In this document: in pieces, positions 1 through 12,067 of the stretch
Position numbering within the stretch: position 1 is the first letter of the stretch
How the letters are laid out: every line of letters starts with the position of its first letter
Assembly: GCA_051530055.1 (NCBI GenBank)
Contig: CM121343.1
Location: 5,798,389-5,862,388, forward strand
Direction: 5' to 3'
Source: Neoechinorhynchus agilis
Taxonomy: Eukaryota; Animalia; Acanthocephala
Length of the DNA stretch: 64,000 nt
Position numbers and translations under genes: made by a program
Notes under the pieces: model-generated
Told to the model about the DNA's origin: nothing
The model's database searches: none
Seen by the model: the letters and a program-made list of their open reading frames with translations, nothing else

Positions 1-100
1 CCCGACGAAGTTCGAAACGTCTTTTTGATAAATAATCATTTACCGCGGGTGTAGACCTAAGCAATAATTCCAATCACATTCCCCGGTACTTCCTCACATA
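1..100 (+). repeat. Dispersed repeat (family C), probable PLE terminal repeat, cut by the window edge
   Basis: TTCGAAACGTCTTTT..AATAATCATTTACCGCGGG..AATCACATTCCCCGGTAC recurs at 44416-44520 and partly at 44750-44812; the GAAACGTC motif resembles PLE hammerhead ends. Confidence 0.6.
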
Positions 101-295
101 TTGTCATAATCTCTATTTCCCATTACCAAACAAGAAATAAGAATAACTGGAAATTCATTAGACCGATTTGACACGCAGTATTCCGAGACCGTTTCTGTTT
201 ATTCGATTAGGTGTGATTGGAGTTAGGTGATTAGCGATCGATTAGCAATTTCATCCACGAACACTCATTTTACCCCAAATATACACAAATAAAAA

Positions 296-481
296 TGTTG
301 CTGAGGTGATTCCTACTCTCCTGACAATAAAGATATTGATTTATTGCGATATTTCGCTGGGCAAATCCAGCATTCTCAAGCAATTTTGGATTAATGCTTG
401 AGAATGCCGGATTTGCCCAATGAAATATCGCAATAAATCAATATCTTTATTGTCCGGAGAGTAGGAATCACGTCAGCAACA
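296..481. repeat. Long near-perfect inverted repeat (fold-back), ~87 bp arms with a short loop
   Basis: GTTGCTGAGGTGATTCCTACTCTCC...TTCTCAAGCA is mirrored by TGCTTGAGAA...GGAGAGTAGGAATCACGTCAGCAAC. Confidence 0.95.
343..384 (-). ncRNA. Minimal type I hammerhead ribozyme motif (PLE-type, U3-A8 variant)
   Basis: Minus strand reads ATTGC-TTGAGAA-T-GCTGG-ATTTGC-CCAGC-GAAA-TAT-C-GCAAT: 5-bp helix I, 5-bp helix II, GAAA, palindromic ATAT in place of helix III, AUC cleavage triplet. Confidence 0.7.
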
Positions 482-629
482 CTATAATACCTCCGAGGAA
501 CCTTTTACATCAGACAAACAAAAATGACTGGTAAATGAGTAGATTTTTAAAGCAGCACAGCGTTTGGGAAATCAGACATTGAAGATCACTTCCTCAAGAT
601 GAACGAAATTTGATCGAATTTACGTATAG

Positions 630-3600
630 ATCGTTGACGTCTGCATTTTCAACGAGAGCGAGCAAATTTTCAAAGTTTCTCGACTGTACGACGATGAAAG
701 CTTTATCAAATTAGAGGTTCGTTTTCAATTTGTTATTAAATGTATAACTTTTTTGCCAAATTTTGTTGCAGCATTTAATCGTTCAACACTGTATCAAGGA
801 AATCGTATATACGTGCGACCCTTACTTTTATTCGCGAGTTCGCGAAATGTTGAAGCCCTTCGCTTCTAGCTCCCTTATTGAGGAAGTGAGAAAAAAATCA
901 TGTATGTCTAAAATCAATATCGATAATCTACAATTCTGTTGTCATCTATCCGTTTAGTCGCTGATTGTTACGACGGCGAAAACTGTGCACTGGCCTCCAT
1001 TTTATCAAGTCATTCTCTTTCTCTCTTAAAGATCGATGGTATGCTGTGGTCTCGCACCACTTCTTCGCTTTAGCATAATTCCGTTTTATTAAGATTCAAT
1101 TGTCCGGAATGCCATCATTCCCATAAGGCTGATTTGTGATAAAAATAAAGTAAGAACCGTTAAATCGCTTTATGCGCTTAGAGTTATCTTTACAAGTTAC
1201 TTACAAGTTGCTCTTCTAACTGCTACGAGATCGAATCCCTAAATACGGAATTATTTGTGAAATTAGAACCTAGGTCATCAAGTGTCGAGGTGACTCCTTA
1301 CCGTCATAGAATTTCAACAAGTTCCGTGAAAATTTGATTTAGGAGTTTCATTGGCACAGTACCCTCTGGCCCTTAAATAGGGATTCGGGTTTAAATCCAC
1401 TTGACCACCTCAACACAACTACGGAATGTACAAACTCAGCCAATTTTATACCTCGGGGAGAAGAGGTCACCACAGTAAAGTTCTGGCACGTGCTAAAAGC
1501 TGAAATTTCTAGAAAATAGAATCATTTTTCATTTGTAATAATTACGATTGACTGTATGAGTGAAATATACTTTCTTTTTGGTGATGTGAAAAAATCTTCA
1601 GTATTCGCCTTGAAACAAAATATAGCAAGTCCACGCAAAAGTCCACTGATTAAATTATTTATCTTCCGACGCTTGCTATAGGCAATAAAATTTGAAAAAT
1701 TTGTTTTTTATTAAGTACACATTGTTTTCTGAGTACTGGTTATTCATTGTAGAACAGTTTGATATAGTCTTTCAAAACAATTGTATTAAACTAAATATTT
1801 GTAAAGATGTTATCTATAGATTGTTTTCGTCAAGACAAAATAAGGAACATTATTTAATTTTATTCATATTTCGTCCTCTAACGTGGGACTTGAAAATTGT
1901 TAAAAAATATTGAGAAATAATAGAGTTACGTAGGTTTCTCCGCAATGGAAGTTCACTCGCGAAAAAAAATATATAAGCTATAAATCTTTGTTATCTTTAC
2001 ACAAAGCTACTTAGGTTTGCTCCTACATTTGATGACCTTCGAGATAGATACCGCTGCTGTCAATGCCTTAAATCTGGTTGATGATACACAAATTGATAAT
2101 AATAACGTGAATTGTAAGCATCGTGGAAACCAGACGACTTCACCGAATCCTAAAAATAGTGGTTCCAAGCTTGCATCGAATACTTAATAAATGCAAAACT
2201 CACCAAGGCTCCAGACTTCTAAGGCGGTGGATTATTCAGCCCCTTACAAACTTGAAGGAGATCGAATTACGATTAGAAGCCGTACAGCACTTCGTCAATA
2301 ATTTGGACCTAGCCAATGCCGTGCATAACACAATTTCAAAGTCCTGTGACACAGATAAGGTTTCCCGGAAACTTCAGCGGAAAAACGCCAACCTTCAGGT
2401 ATAAAATTGCATAATGCTTGTCGTAACGCGTGGATTAGATCTGCTATAAAGTCTACTACCTTTGCAAAGCAGTATGTTGTAGAATTATTAAATTACTTGA
2501 ATCGACATCGCCAGTCATCGATTCGTACTTTGTGGAACCAATACAAGTCATTTTCAACCACCTATAATTGTGTATACTGTATTATACTATAATTTAGAAA
2601 TTACTGATCGATCTTAACGATGAGTTCATCCCGATGTTCGAGAAGATCTTCGATTTTGATCATTTGTCATCGAGCGGAGAATTTCTCGTTAAGGCTTCAT
2701 ATAATCATGTCTTAGCCCGCATTAAGAAGGAACTCGATGTTACTCAAAGTCAAATTGAAAATGCGTATGAGGAGGTACAAGTAATTTTGAAGCTTTCACT
2801 CATCTACTGCTATTTCAGGTTCGTCAAAAATTGAATACTCAGAATGTTAGACTGGAAAGGTCAAAAATGTATGGGTACCATTTTCGTATTACATTGAAGG
2901 TTGAATTTAATCTCGTTTTCTTTTTGTACAAATGCTTCTTTGTTATAGTATGCCAACTCGTTGACACAGAAGGAATTCTTTAAAATCGATGTACGGAAAG
3001 ATGGCGTAAAGTTCCATAATGAAAGTATGAAAAATCTCAGTAATGCATACGAACTTCTTTTGTGCGACTATCGTATGGAGCAGTCTATAGTCGTCCGTGA
3101 AATATTCGATTTGCTTTGTAAGTTTATTTCCTTGATGATTTGAAAACTTCTTACAAACTGTTTCAAAAATTAAAGTTTGTCGCTAAACTTTGAATCTAAC
3201 GAAATAACCTATTTTTACTTTTAATACCATGTTATCGATATTAAGGTTCAATGCGGGCCGCAGTGTACAGTATTGGTCAACAATTGTCAAAACTCGATGT
3301 GATTATAGCATTCGCTATTGCCTCGATCCCTAGTCAGTGTTCGCTGAAACCTTATGTTAGACCCAACATATTACCAAAAGGTAACTTTGATGGTTGTTGT
3401 CTTAGAATTGCTCCCCAGAACGTTTGTATAGACAAGCGGAAGTATACGTTATTAGAACATTTTTATACATTGATATTTACACTTCAGAAAAACATTCGAT
3501 TATTAAAGATTCAAGTAGCAGCAAACAACTTTTTTTCGCAGAGTGTTCGTTACTTGAACGTTGCTATTGTTTGCATACCATACAGTTTATTGATATTGAG

Positions 3601-4859
3601 TGCTGATTTCTACTGCCTACTAATCATTATGAAAATGGGTATCGTGGAACATTATTTCTGGTTTCGTTGAAATTCTAATTTTTTGAACACTAGTAAATTT
3701 TTAACTTTGTACGATGTTGATACGATTTTATCGGTCTAGTGATTTTTCTTATTTGTTGAAAATCGCGCTCTGCTTTGTATTCGAAGGAAGTGGCATTCTT
3801 CATATTGTTGAAGGCCGCCACCCCACAATGGAATCGATATGTGGCGCTCTAAAATTTATCGCCAATAACACATCGCTGAACAAAAGTAAACTTTTTAGTA
3901 GTTTTATCACAAGTCTAAATTCATGTCCGTTCTTAAAGAAGGGAAATTTTTTCAGGTCATAACTGGACCAAATATGGGAGGCAAATCAACATACATCCGA
4001 CAGGTTATTTTTGCCGATTTTTTTATCGTTTCAAAATTGATCAATAGGTATCATTGATCGTACTGATGGCGCACATTGGATGCTTTGTGCCATGCGATGA
4101 AGCAACAATATCGATAATTGACTCTATTTTTGCGAGATTTGGCTCCCGTGACTATACGACAAGAGGCGTATCTACTTTTTTCGCTGAAATGATAGAAGCA
4201 ACATATATAACTCAAGCGGCGTCTTCGCATTCCTTGGTTCTAATAGATGAACTTGGAAGAGGTACATCGACTTATGATGGAATCGGAATAGCATCTGCGA
4301 TGCTGGAGTATAAGTTTTCCTGTAAGACGCACGAATTCATGAATCCAGTTTAGATATCTGGTTGTCAAAGTTAGATGCTTTGGTTTATTCGCCACTCATT
4401 TTCACGAAATAGCCGAAATTTATGAAGAAAATGAACTCAAGGAACCTGATTCATTCTTAAAAGCGATAGATTATTTGCACATGACGGCCAATGTTTCCCC
4501 CATTACCGGTCTTTCAATGCTGTATCGGTTGATGCCCGGGATTTGTGGTCATAGCTTTGGTATCCATGTCGCTCGTTTGGTTAAACTCCCGGACGATCTT
4601 ATCAAGGTATGACTCTTGAATCACGCGTTAAGTTTGTGCCACAATTCAAACTGCTGCTGCTGCTGCTGCTTATCTAGTATGCCGAGGCAAAATTGTTAGA
4701 ATTCGAGGACAATCAGTGGAACAGTGTTTTTGTAAAAGACAAAGAATATTGTAAAGACGGAATTAGCGTTGAAATGCAAGCGAATGTAAGTTTGTAGCGA
4801 CCTTCGATCTACCTGATAAGGTGTCCGTTATTTTAGATTTGTCGAAATTTGATTTATAA
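630..4859 (+). CDS. MSH2: DNA mismatch repair protein MSH2, multi-exon; 5' exons and exact stop uncertain
   Basis: Exons translate to [10 protein letters not shown]|[69 protein letters not shown] (Walker A, ~3956-4005), [34 protein letters not shown]; short GT-AG introns. Confidence 0.92.
1290..1450. repeat. LINE-associated dispersed repeat fragment within a large MSH2 intron
   Basis: GGCCCTTAAATAGGGATTC...ACACAACTACGGAATGTACAAACTC matches 21350-21435. Confidence 0.55.
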
Positions 4860-5929
4860 ACAAATGAAAGATGTGAGGAGCTACTCTTTTCCAGCGAGTT
4901 TACTCGGATGAAAAGCGTTGCTTGTAAACGAGGAAGATTACGAAGGGTCACAACTAGCTTTTAAGAGAGCTTTGCAGTCGATCGAAGAGCATTCCGATGT
5001 GCCTCTAGGAAAGAAGTATGTTAGACATATGATGAATATTGAGTCTAACGAATCATGACAGAGCGATGCTAAATATATTGATCTTCATTTCACTATGGCG
5101 TCGCTAACTAAAATAAGAAAACAAGTTATTCACTTTAATAGATGGCTAAACCAAGCCCAGAGTATTCCGGATCGATTGTGAATGCAGTTGACCAAGTCTA
5201 CATTTTGATCTAACTTCTCAGTCTTTTGATAGCGACCCAACTAAGGAATGATGCCGAAATGTAAGGTAGAGAATAGTTGGCACTGCGAAATGATTCCAAA
5301 AATTAGACGGTCGACCTCTTAGGTAAAAAAACAAAGCGGGAGATTTTCTACGAATTGCAGACTATCCTGATTTTTCGTAGCATTGTATGTAAGTGTTGAA
5401 GGTAGAAACTAACCTTTGATCCAACATTTATTTTTCATATAGGATCTGTGCATTGTTGAATGACTCTAATTTTAAGCCTTGATGTTTTCTATAGTATAAT
5501 GTAATACTTTCTCAAAACGCTTACCTTTTGCTGAGAAAATGGCCATCCGAGAAGTTTGGAAATCTTAAAAGAGAAGTGCGATGACTGGCTATTTATTTAG
5601 CATTTTGGATTGACCAATGCAATATTATGTATATCATAGCCGGTACGAGATAGACTTTTGATTGATATATATTGTAACTTTTTATTTCAATTGACTAATT
5701 TATTACTGATATTTCACGTCGGATAATGCCGACGTTATCAAGGCTTGTCATTGCTTGAAATATTTAAGAATTTCTATTTTCAAGCAATGATGAGCCTTTG
5801 GAAAATGTCAAAATTATCCTACGTGAAATATTGGAAATAAATTAGTCAATTTAAATCCGAAGTCTTATATCCACTTCGAAGAGAATAATCCACGATATCA
5901 TCGATAGAAAGTCCTTCGGGATAATGAAA

Positions 5930-6110
5930 TTACACTTTCGGTGAGAATAATTTTATTTATTCGAAATATTTCGCGAGGTATCCTCGCCTCTTCAGCCATT
6001 GTAAGTCGATTAGATTAATTTACAATGGCTGAAGAGGCGAGGATACCTCGCGAAATATTTCGAATAAATAAAATATGTAATGACCGGGATTATTCTCACC
6101 GAAAGTGTAA
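5930..6110. repeat. Fold-back inverted repeat carrying back-to-back hammerhead-like cores (family B)
   Basis: Perfect ~54 bp inner arms (5951-6004 / 6020-6073) plus outer TTACACTTTCGGTGAGAATAAT arms; right arm reads CTGAAGA-G-GCGAGG-ATA-CCTCGC-GAAATATT. Confidence 0.9.
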
Positions 6111-6545
6111 TCCACGATATCTTGTAAATTGCCATTTTAGGGCGACCGAGATAAAAAATGCGAGAATATACATAGATCGGTCACAAGTAAATCTTTTTTG
6201 CGCCATTTGTCTTGATTTGGAGCACAAAATACTTTCTAAAATGCGCTGGGAAAATCCTGTTCATTTGCGCGGATAAAACATAGACAACACAGGAACTGCT
6301 TTCAAAACGGAAGTTTAAATGTCTTAAATAATGTGTACTATTCGTTGTGGGTGTGCGAAACTCCCATACCGATTTCACTGTACAATGCATCAACCTACCA
6401 CGTTCAGCTCAACATTAAAAATTATAGGATTGATCGATTGAACTTTTTGAACTTAAAATAAAAGTAATTGTGCTACGTTAGAGCTTAATCACCATAACTC
6501 TGCTAGCAAAAAGACCATATTTATGACTGTTGTACGGAAACTTAA

Positions 6546-7816
6546 CTAGCACTCATCCTTACAAATCGAACGAACTTCGGAGCTGTCAAGGTAGCAGAAC
6601 ATTGAAATAGCACCATATCGGAGATTAGCAACAAGTCCGAAAGAGCGCGGATAATATATAAACAAGCATCTAAAGATATGTTCATTCGAAACATTTGGAT
6701 CATTTGGCAATGAATGCTTAAGCTCTTGATTCGGTATTGTATCCTTTATGTACAAGTCTGTAAGGTCAGCATTGTTGTGATCTTTTAACTGTTCCTTCAT
6801 ATACCTAGAACGATAGAATAGATTTCAAAATAACTAATATGTTTGGTTAGTTTACCTTGCGTAAGCATTAGGATGTAAGACATAACACTTTCCAATTTTA
6901 CCCTCAATTCTCAACAAATAAAAGAAAAAAGGTTTTTCGAATATTGATATTATTCCCCGCTACAAAAAAAAGAAATTATAAATTTTATGGCGTCAGTATG
7001 TCATAATAGACGAGTATAGGAGAAATGTTTAAAAACTAAGAACTGATCTACTTCTTAATCTTCGCATTCTGAGGAAATTTAAATCTTTCAAGCCTTTGAT
7101 ATTTTTATAGGCCGCATAAAAGACCATAGATTTCAACCAACTTGATATTGTAGGAATCAATTGGAGAAACCTGCTCTAAACTCAATCCTCCAAATGGTAC
7201 CGAAATCTCCAACGGCTCTCATTTTCTTAGAAAGTTTCAATTACCGCGATAACAATTTGGACTGACAATTCAGTAAGCAAAGTCAAACTCTGAACTTTAT
7301 ATTATTTTCAAAATCTAATCCGAGCCCTGTGAAATGTAGTGTTAAATGAACACGTCGAAATTGAGAATTGAGTGGTGGTTTTACACTACCGATGTTAAGT
7401 ACTCCATATTTTTCGGTAGCAAGTATGTCCTGTTGAATGAACGAATTAAATCGCTCCAAATGCTTGGTTTTCGTTACTTCATGAGGAAACACATAGAAAA
7501 GTACTGTGAGCTGAAGATTCCCTGCTGCTTCATTTTTACTTCCATCGGCCCAAATTGACACAATTTCACAGACCGCCACATCGCCAATCCCAAGTAGCCT
7601 ATCGTTAATCAGAGATTTCGCTGCTTTCCCATCAACTCTTATGCAGTCACCAACTTTCAGAGTAGTTTTGCTTTCACTGCATTGAATTGACTGGAATGTC
7701 AATCGCATACCCTTAATACGTTGGCCGATTATCACACTCATACGCTCCCCTTCACTTTGTGGAATCCACTTCGATTGCGCCAAGGTATTCCCGTTTGAAA
7801 TCCTTCTTTTTGACAT
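6546..7816 (-). CDS. BAH (bromo-adjacent homology) domain protein, multi-exon; middle exons unresolved
   Basis: LKVGDCIRV, VAVCEIVSIWAD, LTVLFYVFPHEV, QQDILATE follow the BAH pattern; the last exon HIFRCLFIYYP resembles the BAH terminal strand. Confidence 0.6.
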
Positions 7817-8744
7817 ATCTGAAGAAAGATGCTTAAAACTATAATGGTTCAGTCGTGATTCGCGAATAGCATGAACTTATCTTTCTCAAATTTTTACCGG
7901 CCGCTATGGTGTCACCCGTTTAAAAATAAAATGTACTCACGATTACTTTTGTGTTTAGGCCACTTTCTAGCCGAGTTCATTCGCTAAATGCGTTCAAAAA
8001 CAATGCTTACCGCTAGTCGAATTTGTTATAATCTTTTTGTGTACATAACAGCCAAACAGCAACAAATGTTGTTCGTTCGAAAACGAGTTTAGCGAATGAG
8101 AACTTACCACTTCACTGAATCGTCTTCTTAAACTCTGGATTCATTAGTTATCACATGGCGTATCGCAGAAATCCATTGTCGGTTAAATGGAGCTTATGCA
8201 CACACAATGGCATTTTCACTTTAGACCTAAATCCGTTTGTTATTCATTTTAATAAACGAAGCTTAAGATGAAATACTTAATCTATTTGCAATTGCTACGG
8301 GAAATCCAATCACGTCTTGTGAAAGATGGATTATTCGAACTCTTTGATCAACTTACAAGCGATCACTCTATTTCAAACCGTTTCCGTTTTCAACGACTTT
8401 TTACAAGAGCGAGGCTGCAAGGATAATGGTATTAACATCATCATCATCGTGAGTATAAGAGGTATAAAGGTTTTTTATTTGTAGGTGAAGAAACATGTTG
8501 TGATATCAATATTTATTGTTTCGATAATTGCGAACGTATTTACGGATATGTTGCGTGTGCTTACAACTCTTCTATGCCAATTCAAACACAGTGCTCTCCG
8601 ATCTCGCATTTTGCGGAAGGGACAACGACCACGAGACAATTTTAATGAACACTTAATAAATTGAATGTCTTTTATTAAAAATATTCGAAAGGCGCTGACA
8701 CTTTATGACCGGCAATTAAGTTTATGTCCGTTTAAACCACAATC

Positions 8745-8905
8745 CATCAGTGGACCACGCACACAGGCACGTTAATGAACACGCGACACGCAACCCACGA
8801 ATACACAAGAACAAACCACGAAAAGGGTCGCACACGCTCACAACCCATGAACACCACGCGCAACTCACGAACACACACGCGCAACCCATGAACACGCGCC
8901 ATGGA
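8745..8905. repeat. Degenerate CA-rich minisatellite (CAACCCAYGAACAC-like units)
   Basis: Repeated GCAACCCACGAA / CAACCCATGAACAC / CAACTCACGAACAC units. Confidence 0.75.
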
Positions 8906-9077
8906 TGCACATAGCGTAAATTCGGTAATAGATCGTAGAAACGATGATAGCATTGATGCACAAGTCAGAAATCGGGTGATGATAGATATTATCAGGATTT
9001 GTGAGCGAAATGTAATCGATCGTTAGACTCGGTTCTTCTACATTGATGAATGCATTCGGGTGTGGTAAGATTTTTTG

Positions 9078-9262
9078 TTATTTAGGTTGCTTATCGACGA
9101 CACCCGAGAGAGATTATTAAAAACGAATGTATTAAAGTCGACTGATATTTTTTCAGATTGAATTGATAAAATGACTCGGATTCCAGTGATCGACGTATAT
9201 ACATTCATCTTTAAAGATCCCTCCTTTGGGGTGTCGTCGGCAAATGACCTAAATAATAACGT
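9078..9262. repeat. Imperfect inverted repeat
   Basis: TTATTTAGG..CGACGACACCC..GAATGTAT on + at 9079-9133 and the same on - at ~9200-9259. Confidence 0.65.
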
Positions 9263-9857
9263 AATAATTTAAAGTCACTGGACTTTCTTCCGGGCGATTT
9301 CCGACATGAAAGGGTTAATACATTGTAGCAAAGTCACCGATTGCGTTTCTGAGTTTTTCATGGTTGCATCGCTGAAATCGTTGGTGGGTGTATTCTCGGG
9401 TAATTGTCCATCTCACGTTAAAAAAAGGGTAGTTGGTATCCCTTGTTAGGTCGTGGGAGCTTCTGCTGGTCTAAACATTGGAATTTATAATTGCGAAAAC
9501 TGGGTTTTTGATGACAAAAGCAAAGTTTTCATTTTTTTCGTGGGCAACTGTTTCATCTAAGCGCATAACACATAATTGAGCCTTGATGCTGTACGCAACG
9601 ACCTTTTTGTCGGTTTGTATTGGATTCATAGTGAAAGTTATTAACTTTTCGATTAAACCGACATTCAAGAAATCATTCTGAATGGCAAATACGCATTATA
9701 TAACATAGAAAAGATTTCTCCATATTGGATATAATTTTTTTTCAACGATAAATTTTTTTTACAAATAACATAATTCGCTGGAATTCACAAGTGTTTTAGG
9801 GTGTTTCTGTAACTTTACATAACTTTTCAAATCCTTTAAAGATTGAGCTACTGTCAA

Positions 9858-10400
9858 TTAATCATTATTCTTTCTTATGTTTGTTCCGCAGCTTCCTTGA
9901 TGGCCGCGTTGGATCGCCGCGCTGATTCGCTGCAACAGGAAGCTGCTGGATTGCATATCGCCGGTGGCATGTTTTAGCATCTTCCCAGTTGGGAAAAAGG
10001 AAATAATCGGCTTCTTTTCCGAGACATCCCAGTGTTTCCACCGCAATCGGGATGAATACATATATTGATGCCCATCGAGCGATGAGTGTACTTCTGCCGC
10101 TTCTTTTCCTCGCTGAAGCTGGCGACTGCTCCCGCCTTTGAGGTGGCATTCTGTAAGTGGGATGCTGCGAGCGTGTTGGGGCAGGTAAAATCCCAAACCA
10201 GTATTTTCCCGGAGCACCATAGGAGGGTTCCATCAGGGCGTTTACCGTCGTTCCGGGAGAGTCCAACTGGTTCGAGTCGAGCGGGAAAATCGGCCGTTGA
10301 GAGGGCTTCCCTGATTATGCGGTTGACTGCTGAGTGCCGTGCGTGGCGAGCAGTTGAACGCTTGCAGTCAAGGCCGTGAGTTCCCGATCCGTTCACTGTC
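9858..10400 (-). mobile_element. CRE-clade non-LTR retrotransposon, 5'-truncated, frameshifted 3' portion
   Basis: GTHGLDC..ARHARHSAVN..LEPVGLSRNDGKRPDG..LVWDFTCPNTLAASH (restriction-like endonuclease PD..D motif) and PIAVETLG, ISAAIQRG in adjacent frames. Confidence 0.88.
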
Positions 10401-10470
10401 TTTTAACAATTCAAACAATCTGTTTGAAGCACACTCACCACCTCCCGCCAAATTCCAGCTTTTGTCCTTC
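10401..10470 (-). mobile_element. Short 3'-end fragment of a second CRE family
   Basis: One mismatch over ~70 nt versus 27597-27666; matches the 3' end of the 23220-24300 element. Confidence 0.85.
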
Positions 10471-10638
10471 AAAATATTAAATTCGCGAGGAACTTTCAAA
10501 TTATTGGTCTTTGCTTTTTAAAAGATGCTGAGGTATCGTCTTTCGAAATATTTCAATCACTTCTATCCAAAGGGATTATAATCACCACGCGCCTCCTCAC
10601 TTCGAAGGATCGATGGTTTTTCCATTTTCATTCTTCAT

Positions 10639-11603
10639 ATGAAGATGCTCCCTATTTCTGTGGTCGCTATCCATCCAATTGTCCTTTCTCAAATATCGGA
10701 GCACTACCAAAGACGTCGGTCAAATTCGTCGTCCGGAGACTTTTGCGCCTACGGTTTTTGCTGCGGTGTTATATACCCAGATCTTAGTGTCCACATTCAA
10801 ATGGTATTTGAAGCTACAACTTCATTGAATGGAGAAATAGACGAAAAGGATGTACCGGATAACGTTCAGTTCCATTCAACATTTCATCCACCGTCTGCTC
10901 TTGTGGGATGGTATCGCGTAGGTCGTACCCAACTCCCTCTTACCGAAAAGCATCATAATGTTCATAAATCCCTTACACGAACTCATCCAACGTCAGTGCT
11001 ACTTTGCGTTAGCAATGGCAATGTTAGACAATTGACCAGTACAGTCAAACCATCAATTCAAGTACTTAAATTTGAGGACGGCGTTTTTAAGCCATTGCCG
11101 TGTCGCTTTTACGAAAATGAAAGCGAACTGATTGCCAATTGCGGCCTTATAAAACCGGTTCATGGTTTAAAATTGAAACAACGCATTGATTGCGTTATTA
11201 GTTTTTTTGATCTTCTTTTCCAGGGATTTAAATTCGCCGCTGAATATTTGAGACAAGTCGAACAAAGTAAGCGACTATAAAATAGCTGGGGACCAACCTC
11301 TTTTGAGATTAGAAGAAATCGAGGAAAATGACGAACGAATTACAACTATAAGAAGAATATATAGAGATGTTACGAGCCTTAGGAATAACATCAATTCAAA
11401 TCTCCATCAGGTATCATGTTCAAGTAAATGAGAGTGAGATTTGATACATATTTAAGATGCTAATCGACAAACTGGTACGCTTGAAGATGTATGAACGGCA
11501 AGTTAGTGATAGTCAACGAAGAGAAGAGAAGCGTCCATGGTTAGGATGTTTCGGACGACTGAGTAAAGGAGGACAAAGTCAGAAGCAACTGTCCGAATTT
11601 TGA
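10639..11603 (+). CDS. MPN (JAB1/Mov34) domain protein, eIF3f-like (CSN6-like not excluded); two short 3' introns
   Basis: VAIHPIVLSQISEHYQRR, ALVGWYRVG, ESELIANCGLI; no JAMM metal motif; frame restored by introns at 11267 (19 or 46 nt) and 11411. Confidence 0.75.
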
Positions 11604-12067
11604 ATAAACCCTACATTCACGACGCTACTTCGCATAATCTCCCTTTTACGAACTTTATATTTGGTGGCTCAAATGCCGAGAGGAAACTCTACAACGCAGC
11701 AGCCCGTTTAAAAATGGCTTAATCTCTACGAAATCGAAACCCGTTTTTCTGTGGCCAAGTGCAATTGCACTAACACATTCCGGAATCAAACGAGGTACAT
11801 TCACTTGTAGAAGAAATTTTCAAGGTAAATCTATTTCTGAATCAAACATCGCTAATTGAAACTGAAACTTATTTTTCTTACACGGTCGGTTAAAAATCCT
11901 CTTATATTTTCGAATACTACGAAAATCGGAAAACCGAACCGACGGTCTTTTTGGCGAACTGTCAAAGGGCTCAACTTGGTAACTAGTACACTTGGTTTTC
12001 AACCTTTACGCGTCAAACAAACTACTAAAAATTTTATGTTTCGCAAATACGACAATGAGGATCTTGT

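Noticed and set aside
5030-5620. Possible small multi-exon gene on the minus strand (intron-like GT..AG segments)
   Set aside because: No consistent open frame could be assembled and no homology was recognised; left unannotated
6025-6276. 83-aa ORF as a gene
   Set aside because: It starts inside the fold-back repeat and has no recognisable domain
8722-8961. Val/Cys-rich ORFs
   Set aside because: Translation artefacts of the CA-rich minisatellite
9700-9860. Spliced-leader RNA or other fixed target site downstream of CRE copies
   Set aside because: Flanks of the CRE copies share only A-rich tails; no common target or Sm site was recognised
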